Below are positions 9,396-19,299 of a DNA stretch of 64,000 bases, in pieces. Location of the stretch: contig CBDESZ010000012.1 of NCBI GenBank assembly GCA_965242725.1, positions 1-64,000 on the forward strand. The letters run 5' to 3'. Below the pieces are notes generated by a model, which worked only from the letters and a program-made list of their open reading frames with translations, had not been told where the DNA came from and ran no database searches. Made by a program: the position numbers and the translations under genes. Positions within the stretch are counted from its first letter, which is position 1, and each line of letters starts with the position of its first letter. This DNA is from Alkalispirochaeta sp. (lineage in GTDB: Bacteria; Spirochaetota; Spirochaetia; DSM-27196; Alkalispirochaetaceae).

Positions 9396-10554
9396 TCACA
9401 TACCCCCCGTCTATGGCGGTAAGCAGTCCGATGAGCTGGGCCAGTCCGAGATAGACCGGTTCTATGAGGAGGCGCTCGTTTTCTTCGTTGTAGTGTTCCC
9501 CTTCGGTGAGACCGATCGTCACCGCCGGGATGCCCTTATCGATGAAGGCCGACAGCTCGGAGGTGCTCGGGGAAATACGGGGGTGCACCCCCAGGGCGTT
9601 GATGATTGACCGCGCGTGCACCGCGAGGGGATGGGAAAAGCCGATTCCCCCCGGCTGCCGCCGGGCGAGCACGTTGTAACTCACGTCCGCGCCGGTCTCG
9701 GAACTCGTCTCCGCGGCGATGTCCCCGATATGTTCCCCCAGGGTTCGCACCAGGTCACCCGATTCACTGCGTATTTCAAATTGCAGACGCGCCTGCCTGG
9801 GTATGGTGTTGAAGGATGCACCGGCCTCGACGTTATTGAGGACGATCGACGTACGGGGACGGCGGGGCAAAGGAATTTCCAGAATCTTGTTAATGACGTC
9901 GTTGATGTTGACGATTGCACCGCCGGCGCCAAAGCGTGTCCAGTCGTACTCCTCGGGGACACGGTAGGTAATTTCGCCACGAAGCATACCGATGGATGCG
10001 TAGCTCAACCTGCCCAATTTTACCCCTTCCACGCAGATTCCGGTGGCGATCTCCACTTCCTTGTTGTCAAGAAAAAAACGGATGCCCTCTATGTCACCCC
10101 GTCCGAGGCTGCGGGCGCTCCCCATGAGGATTATGTTGGCATCAAGCTCGAGGTTGAGACGCTGCAGCAGAACCGGCAGGGTCATGACCGCCGCCAGTCC
10201 GAGGCTGTTGTCGCCAATCCCGGCACCGGAAATACTCTCGGGCTCGATCGAAACGGTGTGATCGATCTTTGCCGAGAAGGCGGTGTCCATATGGGCGACC
10301 ACGAGAATATTCCGTTCTCCCGTCCGTCCGGGAAGGATTCCCAGTGCATTCCCCGCCTCGTCGGTGGAAGTGTTTTGCAGTTCGTATTCGTTGAATCGTT
10401 CCAGAACAAACTCCGTCCGCTGCTGTTCCCCGAAGGTGGGGGCGGGTATTTCCGACGCCATGACGGTGTTTGTCAGTAGAATTTCCTCGATATCACGTGC
10501 CGCCGCCTGGTAATCGGGCAGAGTATCGACGAGGCGGGCAAAATCACGATCCAT
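9385..10554 (-). CDS. M20/M25/M40 family metallopeptidase-like protein
   Basis: PAPTFGE, AHMDT and GAGIGDNSLG motifs; start MDRDF at 10554. Confidence 0.82.
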   Translation of the reverse strand: MDRDFARLVDTLPDYQAAARDIEEILLTNTVMASEIPAPTFGEQQRTEFVLERFNEYELQNTSTDEAGNALGILPGRTGERNILVVAHMDTAFSAKIDHTVSIEPESISGAGIGDNSLGLAAVMTLPVLLQRLNLELDANIILMGSARSLGRGDIEGIRFFLDNKEVEIATGICVEGVKLGRLSYASIGMLRGEITYRVPEEYDWTRFGAGGAIVNINDVINKILEIPLPRRPRTSIVLNNVEAGASFNTIPRQARLQFEIRSESGDLVRTLGEHIGDIAAETSSETGADVSYNVLARRQPGGIGFSHPLAVHARSIINALGVHPRISPSTSELSAFIDKGIPAVTIGLTEGEHYNEENERLLIEPVYLGLAQLIGLLTAIDGGYVNGT

Positions 10555-10579
10555 GGTATCTATTGTACGGGTATGGTCT

Positions 10580-11812
10580 TTACCAGTCCAGAAGTTTTCC
10601 CGTACCGCTTCGCGGCACCCGCTCCCCCACGGTGATCGCCCCGGGAAGGGCCGGCGCCGGCAACACGGCATGAAGAATACGCCGGATTTCGTCGGGCGGC
10701 GGTAGTGTCTCTCCCGGCCGGGGCACGATGAACGCCTTTACCCGTCCGTTGGCATCAAGGCGTACGGCACAGTCCGCCGCCCTCTCGAGAACGGATAGAA
10801 TCTTCTCCTGCAGCGTCGGGAGGTCGACGTTTTCTCCCCCCACCTGAACCACTTCGTCCCTTCGTCCCGCGGGACGGACCCGCCGACGGTCCACGACCTT
10901 CACCCGATCGGGGAGGTCATAGGAGACGGGCGCGTCGGAATCACCGACACGGCGCCAAAGGACCGCCGTCTCGTCGGCGACGTCGGTCCCGACGCCTCTC
11001 TTCTCCCCTTCGGGAAGCGACCAATAGGGAAAGAGGGTAAACGCCTCCTCACCGGCGCAGTGGTCGCGCAGTCCGATTCCGCCTGTTTCGCTTGAGCCGT
11101 AGACTTCAGTGAGCCGGTCCACACCGCCACAGAGCCCGGTACCTGTGGAGGGATCGAGAGGCGCGGTAGAACTCACTCCCCAGACGTTTCCGGGCCATGT
11201 GGTACTCCCCGGGAGAAATCGTTCCCACAAAAAGGGAACGGAAACGACAAGATCTCCCGGTTGCGGCGCCCGTGTTCCGGTCAACAGCGAAAAACGGGCG
11301 TCCACAGCGGGTACTTCCAATGCCCGCGGCAGCAGCACCCCGAAGAGAAAGCCGTAAATGTGGTGCACCGGTACGGTGACGACCACACGTTTCCGTCCGG
11401 AAAAGACCGTCCGGAGATATTCGATTTCCTGGATAAGCCGCGCCGAGAGGTGGCGCTGCGGCCGCGGGGAACCGGTGGTACCACCTGTGTAAAAGGCGAG
11501 TTCTTCCGCGTCGTGGGAGAGACCCGCGTGAATCACCTCGACTGTGTCACCAAGAGTGCGGGCCCGGAGAAGATTGTCCTCTACGCCGCTTTTGAAGAGT
11601 GCGAAGGTTTCATTGAACCGGCCCGCAAGGGTGAATCGCTCAAGAGAATCGAGGGTGAGACCTCCCTCCCGGAGCGAGGTCCCTGAGTCCCACGTTGCCG
11701 CGACCGCCCGGTCAAAGGACGCCCCCCTGCTCCGCAGGAGCTCATCTTCCACCACGTCCCGTACGATACGAAAAAGGTCATCGTCTGTGAGACCCGCTAT
11801 GAGGCCGGTCAC
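10580..11812 (-). CDS. pcl: 4-coumarate--CoA ligase, PYP-activation family
   Basis: AMP-binding [25 protein letters not shown] and [11 protein letters not shown]; overlaps the pyp stop. Confidence 0.9.
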   Translation of the reverse strand: MTGLIAGLTDDDLFRIVRDVVEDELLRSRGASFDRAVAATWDSGTSLREGGLTLDSLERFTLAGRFNETFALFKSGVEDNLLRARTLGDTVEVIHAGLSHDAEELAFYTGGTTGSPRPQRHLSARLIQEIEYLRTVFSGRKRVVVTVPVHHIYGFLFGVLLPRALEVPAVDARFSLLTGTRAPQPGDLVVSVPFLWERFLPGSTTWPGNVWGVSSTAPLDPSTGTGLCGGVDRLTEVYGSSETGGIGLRDHCAGEEAFTLFPYWSLPEGEKRGVGTDVADETAVLWRRVGDSDAPVSYDLPDRVKVVDRRRVRPAGRRDEVVQVGGENVDLPTLQEKILSVLERAADCAVRLDANGRVKAFIVPRPGETLPPPDEIRRILHAVLPAPALPGAITVGERVPRSGTGKLLDW

Positions 11813-12198
11813 ACGGAACGGGCCACCCGTTTCACAAAGACCCAGTATGAATCTCCCTGCAACGCCTTTTTCATGTGAACCTGGACTTTGGTGGGTGTCA
11901 TTTTGTAGTCAAAGACGTACTCAAAGAGGTTGTTCAGGTTGCCCGACTCAACGCCTTCCCGGAATTTCCCGAAGAACTCATCGGTGTTGGTACAGGGCGC
12001 AACCTGGGTGAAGAAATTCTTGCCCATCACTTCTTCGGGGGAACGTCCGGTTATCTCGCTTTCCGCGGCGTTATAGGAGAGGATGTTTCCCTCCTTGTCC
12101 AGCTGAACTGCGCCGAAGGCGAGGGAGTCCAGCTCTCCCGCATCCATTTTGCTCAGGACGTTTTCAATATCATCGCTGCCGAATCGTACAATTTCCAT
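11809..12198 (-). CDS. pyp: Photoactive yellow protein
   Basis: 129 aa, colinear with canonical Halorhodospira halophila PYP. Tyr42, Glu46, Thr50, Arg52, Cys69 (VAPCT) and Met100 fall at identical positions. Confidence 0.97.
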   Translation of the reverse strand: MEIVRFGSDDIENVLSKMDAGELDSLAFGAVQLDKEGNILSYNAAESEITGRSPEEVMGKNFFTQVAPCTNTDEFFGKFREGVESGNLNNLFEYVFDYKMTPTKVQVHMKKALQGDSYWVFVKRVARSV

Positions 12199-12224
12199 TC
12201 CAAATCTCCTTCAGACCCCCTTCA

Positions 12225-12253
12225 TTGACGGCGGCCGGTGGTGGTACTACAAT
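12225..12253 (+). promoter_or_regulatory. sigma70 promoter TTGACG-17-TACAAT for the DHODH-like/galM genes
   Basis: Near-consensus hexamers with a 17-bp spacer, 42 bp before the ATG. Confidence 0.7.
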
Positions 12254-12295
12254 ACCAACAAACTTGTCCAATAGCCAATTCTGAAGGAGCAACAA

Positions 12296-13306
12296 ATGGC
12301 CAACTTGCAATCCAAGTATTTAGGGATTCCGTTAAAAAATCCATTCATTGTGGGGGCATGCAGCATGACCGCCCATATGGACGCAATTAAACGTATCGAA
12401 GACGCCGGCGCCGCGGCGATCGTCATTCAGAGTCTGTTTGAAGAGCAGATTCAGCTGCAGAAAATGCGCCTCGAAGAAGAGCTGACGATAAACGATAACC
12501 TCGACGCGGAAATACAGGATCTCTTTCCCGATATCGAGCACGGTGGTCCGGACGAACATCTCATGTGGGTGAGAAAGACCAAGGAAGCGGTGGATATTCC
12601 CGTTATCGGCAGTCTGAACTGTACCAATCCCGACACCTGGGCCGACTGGGCGGTGAAAATGGTGGAGACCGGCGTCGACGCCCTTGAGCTCAACTTTTTC
12701 GCCATCCCGACCGACAGCAATAAAAGCGCAGCGGAAATAGAAGCGGAGCAGATTGATGCCATCAAGAAGGTGAAATCCAAGGTCAAGGTTCCAGTTTCCG
12801 TAAAGCTCAGCCCCTTTTATACAAGCCCACTTGAAATCATCTCAAAGATGGACTCCACCGGGGTTGACGGGTTTGTCCTCTTCAACCGGCTCTTTCATCC
12901 AAGTTTCAATATCGAGAAGGAAACGGGTCAGTATCCCTTTAATCTGAGCACCTCCAACGACCATCGCCTCGCCCTCCGCTTTGCCGGTCTGCTCCACGGA
13001 AAAGTCAAAGGTTCGATCTGCGCCTCAAACGGTATTCACACCGGAGAGGATGCCATTGAAGTTCTCCTCGCCGGAGCGGACGTCTTTCAGGCGGTAAGTA
13101 CCCTCTACCGCAACCGCATCGACGTCATCGGTACGGTACTCAAGGATGTGGAAGCGTGGATGGACCGGAAAGGGTACAAGGACCTCGATGCCTTCCGCGG
13201 AAAACTCAGTGTGGAAAAGACACCCGACAAGTGGACCTATCGCCGCGCCCAGTACGTGAAAATGCTGTTGAAGGCCGACGACTACGTTGCACGCCCTCCG
13301 GTGTGA
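12296..13306 (+). CDS. Dihydroorotate dehydrogenase-like FMN protein
   Basis: YLGIPLKNP, SLFEEQI, DALELN, VKLSPF and LFNR motifs. Confidence 0.88.
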   Translation: MANLQSKYLGIPLKNPFIVGACSMTAHMDAIKRIEDAGAAAIVIQSLFEEQIQLQKMRLEEELTINDNLDAEIQDLFPDIEHGGPDEHLMWVRKTKEAVDIPVIGSLNCTNPDTWADWAVKMVETGVDALELNFFAIPTDSNKSAAEIEAEQIDAIKKVKSKVKVPVSVKLSPFYTSPLEIISKMDSTGVDGFVLFNRLFHPSFNIEKETGQYPFNLSTSNDHRLALRFAGLLHGKVKGSICASNGIHTGEDAIEVLLAGADVFQAVSTLYRNRIDVIGTVLKDVEAWMDRKGYKDLDAFRGKLSVEKTPDKWTYRRAQYVKMLLKADDYVARPPV

Positions 13307-13309
13307 TCC

Positions 13310-14365
13310 ATGGCAGTCACAGTCAGCACATCACCCTTCGGCCGCCTGCCTGATGGTACGGCGGTCGAGCTGTACACCCTCCGCTGCACAAACGGTTTTG
13401 AAGTAACCGTCTCCACATACGGTGGGATACTCACCAGCGTCAGGACCCCCGACCGGGATGGCGCCATGGGTGAGGTAACGCTTGCCCGCAACACCCTTGA
13501 AGAGTTTGTCGGAAAAAGCCCCTATTACGGCGCCTTCATCGGCAGGGTATGTAACCGCATATCCCGGGGCGGCTTTGAACTGGACGGGAAATTCTATTCA
13601 CTGGCATCAAACTCCGGAGACCTCCACCTTCACGGTGGAAACCTGGGTTTCGACAAGCGTGTATACGATGCGGAAACTGAATCAGACGCCCACTCCGCCA
13701 CCGTCTATTTGACCCGGACGAGTCCCGACGGAGAAGAAGGCTATCCCGGCGCGCTGAAGGTGAAACACGGCATTACCGTCCACGACGACATGCGGATCAC
13801 CTTCACCTTTGAGGCCGAGACGGACGCCCCGACGATCGTCAACCTGACCAATCATACCTACTGGAACCTGTCCGGAGAAGAAAAGATCCTCAACCACGAG
13901 GTCCGACTTCCGGGAAAAGCCTATGCGGCAACCAGGGAGAAAATTCCCACGGGCGACCTCGTTCCGGTGAGCGGCACGCCCTACGATTTCACCGCGTGGA
14001 AACGGATCGGCAAGGAAATTGCCGCCCTGGATGGTACCGACATGGGTGGGTATGACCACTCGTGGGTCGTCGACGGATGGAAGGAGGATCGACAGGAGTT
14101 GCGGATGGCTGCGGAACTGCGGGCACCCGATACGGGCCGCGTCATGGAAGTACGAACGACCTACCCCGCCGTCCACTTCTACAGCGGAAACAACCTGCCC
14201 GGCCAGATCGGACGGGACGGGTCGACGTTGACAGGAAGGGAAGCACTCTGTTTTGAGTGTCAGTTCTTCCCGGATACGCCGCACAGACCGGAGTTTCCCC
14301 CGATTATCCTCCGCCCGGGCGAGCGATTCCACCACCTGACGGAACATCGCTTTTTCACGTACTGA
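13310..14365 (+). CDS. galM: Aldose 1-epimerase (galactose mutarotase)
   Basis: IGRVCNRI, HLHGG, DGEEGYPG, NLTNHTYWNL and GYDH motifs. Confidence 0.93.
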   Translation: MAVTVSTSPFGRLPDGTAVELYTLRCTNGFEVTVSTYGGILTSVRTPDRDGAMGEVTLARNTLEEFVGKSPYYGAFIGRVCNRISRGGFELDGKFYSLASNSGDLHLHGGNLGFDKRVYDAETESDAHSATVYLTRTSPDGEEGYPGALKVKHGITVHDDMRITFTFEAETDAPTIVNLTNHTYWNLSGEEKILNHEVRLPGKAYAATREKIPTGDLVPVSGTPYDFTAWKRIGKEIAALDGTDMGGYDHSWVVDGWKEDRQELRMAAELRAPDTGRVMEVRTTYPAVHFYSGNNLPGQIGRDGSTLTGREALCFECQFFPDTPHRPEFPPIILRPGERFHHLTEHRFFTY

Positions 14366-14401
14366 TCCTGCCGTGTCGGTACATGCCGGGATCGGTACGG
14401 T

Positions 14402-14875
14402 TTATCCTTCCATCCCCCCGGCGACTGCCGACAGCACGGCCGACCGGTTGTGTTCCACCGAGAGCACGATCGGCCGGCCTCCCTCTTGTGCCACCAGTGT
14501 AATCCGCCCCGGCCGCTTGCCGAGGAGAACCGTCTTGATACTGGTCCGTTCCTGTTCCTCTTCCACGTGGGTATACCCCGACAGCGGCCACTCCAGCGTA
14601 ACATCCCGGGTGCGGGCACTGCGCCCTTCATCGCCGATTCCCGAGTTCTTTCCGCCCAGAAATGAGGAAAACCAGCTTTCCTGGGGAAAGTGACGGAAAA
14701 AGAGTCTCGTCGAGGTGACATACACAAGCCCCCATAACGGTCCTTCTTCTTCACCTCCCGAGTGATACTGGGCGAGCCCCTGCGCGAGAACGGCTTCACC
14801 GATCGATTCCTCCGTCTCGCGCCAGAACTTTTCTACGCCGGGATCGGGGGTGTGTTGTTTATCAAAAATACTCAT
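14402..14875 (-). CDS. Hypothetical protein (possibly PH-like fold)
   Basis: 157-aa ORF with ATGA overlap to the upstream MCP; WGLVYVTSTRLFF resembles bacterial PH-like domains (weak). Confidence 0.65.
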   Translation of the reverse strand: MSIFDKQHTPDPGVEKFWRETEESIGEAVLAQGLAQYHSGGEEEGPLWGLVYVTSTRLFFRHFPQESWFSSFLGGKNSGIGDEGRSARTRDVTLEWPLSGYTHVEEEQERTSIKTVLLGKRPGRITLVAQEGGRPIVLSVEHNRSAVLSAVAGGMEG

Positions 14876-16824
14876 TCTGCTTCGGTCACTCCCGTTTCAA
14901 TTACTTTCTCGGATTGCGCCGTCGCAGGTTCACCCGAAGGGGGGGCGCCGTCGTCAGGGGCGGCGCCGTCATCGCCGAGTTCCGGTGCCTCCACGCGAAA
15001 GCGACCGATCAGCTCGGCGAGATGCTCCATGCGCTCCCGGTTTTCGTCGGAGAGGCGGGAAATGTCGGTGACGGCGGAGAGTATCTCCCTGGCGCCGGTG
15101 TCGATCTCCCGTATCCCGTTGGCGATCGTTGCGGACATGCCCGCTGCGTCTGTCATGGCGGTGTTGATCTGGTTGGTGTTGGCGGCGATCGTCTCGGTGG
15201 ACTGGGTCACCAGCGACGTAATTTCCGAAAGGCTTTGCGTCGTCTCCACGATCGACCGGCTGCCCCGGGCGAGAGTCTGCATGTTGTCGTTGATGTCATC
15301 CATCGCCTCCCGGAAGAGAGTGACGTCCCGGCTGATCGTCTCATACGTCTCCGCTCCGACGCGACTCGCCGTGAGGGCGTCCCGGATTTTTCCGGTGATC
15401 GACTTCAACAACCTGTCGATCTGTGAAGCGTTGTCGGAGGTGCTTTCCGCCAGCTTCCGGATTTCCTCGGCGACGACGGCGAAGCCCTTTCCCGCCTCGC
15501 CGGCGTGGGCACTCTCAATGGCGGCGTTCATGGAGAGGAGATTGGTCTGCTCGGCGACCGCATTGATGATTTCAATAATCTCCAGAATATCGTCCACCTC
15601 CGCCGTCACGGAGTCGATGATTGCGTTGGTGGCGTGTATCTTCTCCCCGCCGTCGAGTATGATCTGCACCAGTGCCTCCGCGGCCTTGCGCTTGTCCGCA
15701 GAGAGCTGTGTGACCTGTTGTATGGCGCTGTCCATCTCTTCCACGGATACGGCGCTGTTGGAGATGATTTTGCTCTGATTGGTAATGTTTTCGCTGAGGT
15801 TGCCGACCTTTTCGTCGATATCACGAACTGCCGTCGAGCTCTGCTCCACACTCCCGTTGAGCCGGTCAAACTCCGTCCGTATGGAGTCTATGTTGTGGCT
15901 GATCTGATTGACCGCCGACGCGCTCTCGGCCGAGCCGGAGGAGAGGCCGTCCTTGAGCTCTTCCGCGTCATTGACCGCCCGTTTCACCGAGAGTACAAAG
16001 GCCGCGATGACATCGAGGGTTGCGTCGATGTACCGTCCCAGGTCGGCGATCTCGTCCTTTCCTGAGGTATGCAGGCGTACCGTCAGGTCCCGCTGCGCCA
16101 CCAGGCCCATTCCCTGCTCCATGCCGCCCACGCGCCCGGAGAGCTTTCTGCCGAAGATCATGACAAAGACAATCGCCCCGACGGCGACGACGACACTCAG
16201 TATCAGAACAAGTATCATTCCGAAGGAACGGATTTCGTCGGACTGGACGGCAACCGCCTTGTTCACCTCTTCAAGGTTGGCCACCACCAGGTCCCGTGCC
16301 GCCACGTCAAATGAGCGAAGGTCGCTGTTCAGCTGGGAAATCTGAAAGAGGAGGGTCGCGGAGAGATTTGACTCGGCAAGGTAGTTTCGCAGTTCGTACA
16401 GGCCGGTCTTGCGGAAATCGGGAAGACGATCATCGTTCATGAGCTCCTCAAAGGAAGCCGCCGCGCCCTCGAATCGCCGCCGGGAGAGGGCCCAGACGGA
16501 ATCGCTCCGCTGGATCATTTCAACGAGGTCGTCGGAGAGATAGCGCATGCTGGGATGGCCGGCGAGGACGCTGATTGAGGCGTCTAGATCCTCGATGATT
16601 TCCTGCCACCTTTCCAGAGATTGCGATAGGGGCATGGTGGTTACCATAAGCTCCTTGTTTGCGTCGGTGAGGCGATAGACGTTTTTCAGCGCCGTAGCCA
16701 CCTTCAATTCCAGGTCTTTCACCTGCCTGGCGATTTCGTCGGCGACAAAAAGCCCACCTCCGATAAGTGCAAGGGACACAATGAGGACAAGGACTAGTAA
16801 ATTTATCTGCGATCGTACTTTCAC
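14872..16824 (-). CDS. Methyl-accepting chemotaxis protein
   Basis: Two TM segments, HAMP (GKDEIADL) and signalling hairpin QTNLLSMNAAIESAHAGEAGKGFAVVAEEIRKLAE. Confidence 0.96.
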   Translation of the reverse strand: MKVRSQINLLVLVLIVSLALIGGGLFVADEIARQVKDLELKVATALKNVYRLTDANKELMVTTMPLSQSLERWQEIIEDLDASISVLAGHPSMRYLSDDLVEMIQRSDSVWALSRRRFEGAAASFEELMNDDRLPDFRKTGLYELRNYLAESNLSATLLFQISQLNSDLRSFDVAARDLVVANLEEVNKAVAVQSDEIRSFGMILVLILSVVVAVGAIVFVMIFGRKLSGRVGGMEQGMGLVAQRDLTVRLHTSGKDEIADLGRYIDATLDVIAAFVLSVKRAVNDAEELKDGLSSGSAESASAVNQISHNIDSIRTEFDRLNGSVEQSSTAVRDIDEKVGNLSENITNQSKIISNSAVSVEEMDSAIQQVTQLSADKRKAAEALVQIILDGGEKIHATNAIIDSVTAEVDDILEIIEIINAVAEQTNLLSMNAAIESAHAGEAGKGFAVVAEEIRKLAESTSDNASQIDRLLKSITGKIRDALTASRVGAETYETISRDVTLFREAMDDINDNMQTLARGSRSIVETTQSLSEITSLVTQSTETIAANTNQINTAMTDAAGMSATIANGIREIDTGAREILSAVTDISRLSDENRERMEHLAELIGRFRVEAPELGDDGAAPDDGAPPSGEPATAQSEKVIETGVTEAE

Positions 16825-16948
16825 GTTATTTACTCCAAAAAAGAATGGCAGTTCATTGTACTGTCGAAACGAAGAGTTCTCAAGTAGTATTTACTGTCCA
16901 CAAGCGTGCGGGTGGCAAACACGCTGGATCAGAGAAATCTGAACGGTT

Positions 16949-17947
16949 TTACGCGACGTCGGACCGCACATCCTCAACCGCATCGAGAGCTCTCTTGAGA
17001 ATCTCCCGGCCGGGGATTGCCGGCAGACGTCCGCTGAGCGCCTGCTTCCACTTGCGGGCGCCGGGTTGTCCGGCGAAAATTCCAAGCAAATGGTTGATCA
17101 TCCGCCGGGGCGGTATACCTTCCGCGTCGAGATTGTCCATGTAGGGAAAGAGTGACTCCACCACGTCGTGACGGGTCATACGGAAGGGATCGTCACCGAA
17201 AAAACGGGCATCCAGAGCGGTGAGGAACCAGGGCTGCTCGTACGCCTTGCGGCCGATCATGACCGCATCGGCGCGCCTGAGGTGCGTCTCTATGTCTTCC
17301 ACTTCCCTGACCTGTCCGTTGACTGATATTTCCAGATCGGGACGTTCATCTTTGAGTCGGTAAACGTCCTCATAACGTATCGGCGGAATCGTGCGGTTCT
17401 GTTTGGGGGTCAGCCCGTCGAGGATGGCGATACGGGCGTGAACGGTAAAGCGCTCTACACCCTCCGTCGCGACGATATCGACAAACCGGCGCATGTCTTC
17501 ATAGCGGTCGAGATTGTCGATGCCGATACGGTGTTTCACGCTCACCGGTCGATCGGTAACACCCCGCATCGCCCGTACGATGCGGGCAACCTTTTCCGGT
17601 GTCGCCATGAGACACGCCCCGAACTGCCCTTCCTGTACCTTGTCGCTGGGACATCCCACGTTGAGGTTGTATTCATCGTAGCCGTAGGGCTCGGCAATTT
17701 CTATCGCCCGGGCGACGGCGTCGGGTTCGTCGCCGCCAATCTGAAGGGTCAGCGGCCGTTCCGCCTCGTGAAAGGCGAGAAAGCGGTCGCGATCACCGTA
17801 CAGAATCGCCCCGGTGGTGACCATCTCGGTGTAGAACATCACCCGCCGGCTGAGTTTCCGCGCAAAATAGCGATAGTGCCGATCCGTCCAGTCCATCATC
17901 GGAGCGATACTGATCCGGGGGGTACCGCGTGAGGTGTAGCCGGTCAT
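16949..17947 (-). CDS. dusA: tRNA dihydrouridine(20/20a) synthase
   Basis: APMMDWTDRHYR, NLNVGCPS, VKHRIG and VHAR motifs. Confidence 0.93.
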   Translation of the reverse strand: MTGYTSRGTPRISIAPMMDWTDRHYRYFARKLSRRVMFYTEMVTTGAILYGDRDRFLAFHEAERPLTLQIGGDEPDAVARAIEIAEPYGYDEYNLNVGCPSDKVQEGQFGACLMATPEKVARIVRAMRGVTDRPVSVKHRIGIDNLDRYEDMRRFVDIVATEGVERFTVHARIAILDGLTPKQNRTIPPIRYEDVYRLKDERPDLEISVNGQVREVEDIETHLRRADAVMIGRKAYEQPWFLTALDARFFGDDPFRMTRHDVVESLFPYMDNLDAEGIPPRRMINHLLGIFAGQPGARKWKQALSGRLPAIPGREILKRALDAVEDVRSDVA

Positions 17948-19089
17948 TGCTCCTCCCCGCCGGTCGGATCGCCGGGCAGAATCTTGCCTGCACCGAGGCA
18001 GTAGGGCGGATCGTAGAGCACTGCAAACTGCCCCGGAGCGACCCCTTTGTCGACGTCACTCATCGTGATTTTGAGACGATCCGCCGTTGCCACCGTTCCG
18101 CCGTCTACCGCGGAAACGGTACAGTCCGTCAGTGCGGGACCGTGCCGGATCTTGAGTTTCAGTCTGACCCGCTCCGCCTCGAGGGCCGGCGGAGGCGGCG
18201 CGACCCAGGTGATGTGGCCGATGTGGAAGGAATCCCGGGCGCGCTCGGCCACCGCCGTCCCGTGGGCGACGGTGATGACGTTCTCGTCGATGTTGCGGCC
18301 CGTGACGTACCACGGTCCGTTTCCGAGACCCAGGCCCTGACGTTGACCGATTGTGTAAAACCAGGCACCCTGATGGCTCCCGAGCGTCCGGCCGGAGCCG
18401 TCCTCCACGATCTTTCCCTCCCTGGTTCCCAGGTAATGCTTTACAAACTCGGTATATTTGATCCGCCCGAGAAAGCAGATGCCCTGGCTGTCTGGTCTGT
18501 CCTTGTTCTCCAGGTTGTACTCCCCGGCGAGGGCACGAACCTCTCCCTTGGTCATCGTTCCGATGGGAAACTCCGCCCGCCGCAGCTGCTCCTGGGAGAG
18601 ATGGGAGAGGAAATAGGTCTGGTCCTTGACCGGATCAGGAGCCATGACGAGGCGGGCTGTATCCGAGGCATCCCGGGCCGGAGCTCCGCGGAACGAAGTT
18701 CGTTCTATATCCGCATAATGACCCGTTGCAATACGATCGGCCCCCGCACCGATTGCATCGTAAAAGGCGCCGAATTTGATGCGCTGATTGCAGAAGATGT
18801 CCGGGGAGGGGGTGAATCCGTTGCGGAGTTCTTCAAGTGTATATGAGACGACCCGGTCGTAGTACTCCCGCTGCAGGGGGATGACCTCAAGGGGGACGTC
18901 CGCAGCGGCGCAGACCGCCCGGGCGTAGGAGAGATCTTCCTCCCAGGGGCAATTTCCGAGAAACGAGAGGTCATCCTCAAGCCAGATTTTCAGATAGTAC
19001 GCCCGGAGACGATCCCCGCCCCGGCGTTTCAAGGTGTGCAGCGCCACGGCGGAATCAACGCCTCCGGAGACCAGTACGGCGTAATCCAT
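17944..19089 (-). CDS. mnmA: tRNA 2-thiouridine(34) synthase
   Basis: SGGVDS, TPSPDIFCN, ATGHYA, KDQTYFL, DSQGICF and PGQFAV motifs. Confidence 0.95.
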   Translation of the reverse strand: MDYAVLVSGGVDSAVALHTLKRRGGDRLRAYYLKIWLEDDLSFLGNCPWEEDLSYARAVCAAADVPLEVIPLQREYYDRVVSYTLEELRNGFTPSPDIFCNQRIKFGAFYDAIGAGADRIATGHYADIERTSFRGAPARDASDTARLVMAPDPVKDQTYFLSHLSQEQLRRAEFPIGTMTKGEVRALAGEYNLENKDRPDSQGICFLGRIKYTEFVKHYLGTREGKIVEDGSGRTLGSHQGAWFYTIGQRQGLGLGNGPWYVTGRNIDENVITVAHGTAVAERARDSFHIGHITWVAPPPPALEAERVRLKLKIRHGPALTDCTVSAVDGGTVATADRLKITMSDVDKGVAPGQFAVLYDPPYCLGAGKILPGDPTGGEEQ

Positions 19090-19299
19090 GGGCGGGACAT
19101 AGTGTCAAATTTCCCGCGTCTGGACAAGGCTGCGTGCGCGCCCGGCGGTATATGTAAATTTGTCATTTTCACCGCCTTTGATGTACTCTTACACGCGATA
19201 GCGATATTTTTACTGCCGGTCCGCCGCCCGATACACCATATTTCATGTTCCGGCGGCTCCGGGGACCAATCGTGAACGTCCGACAAGGGGTTTGGTAGA

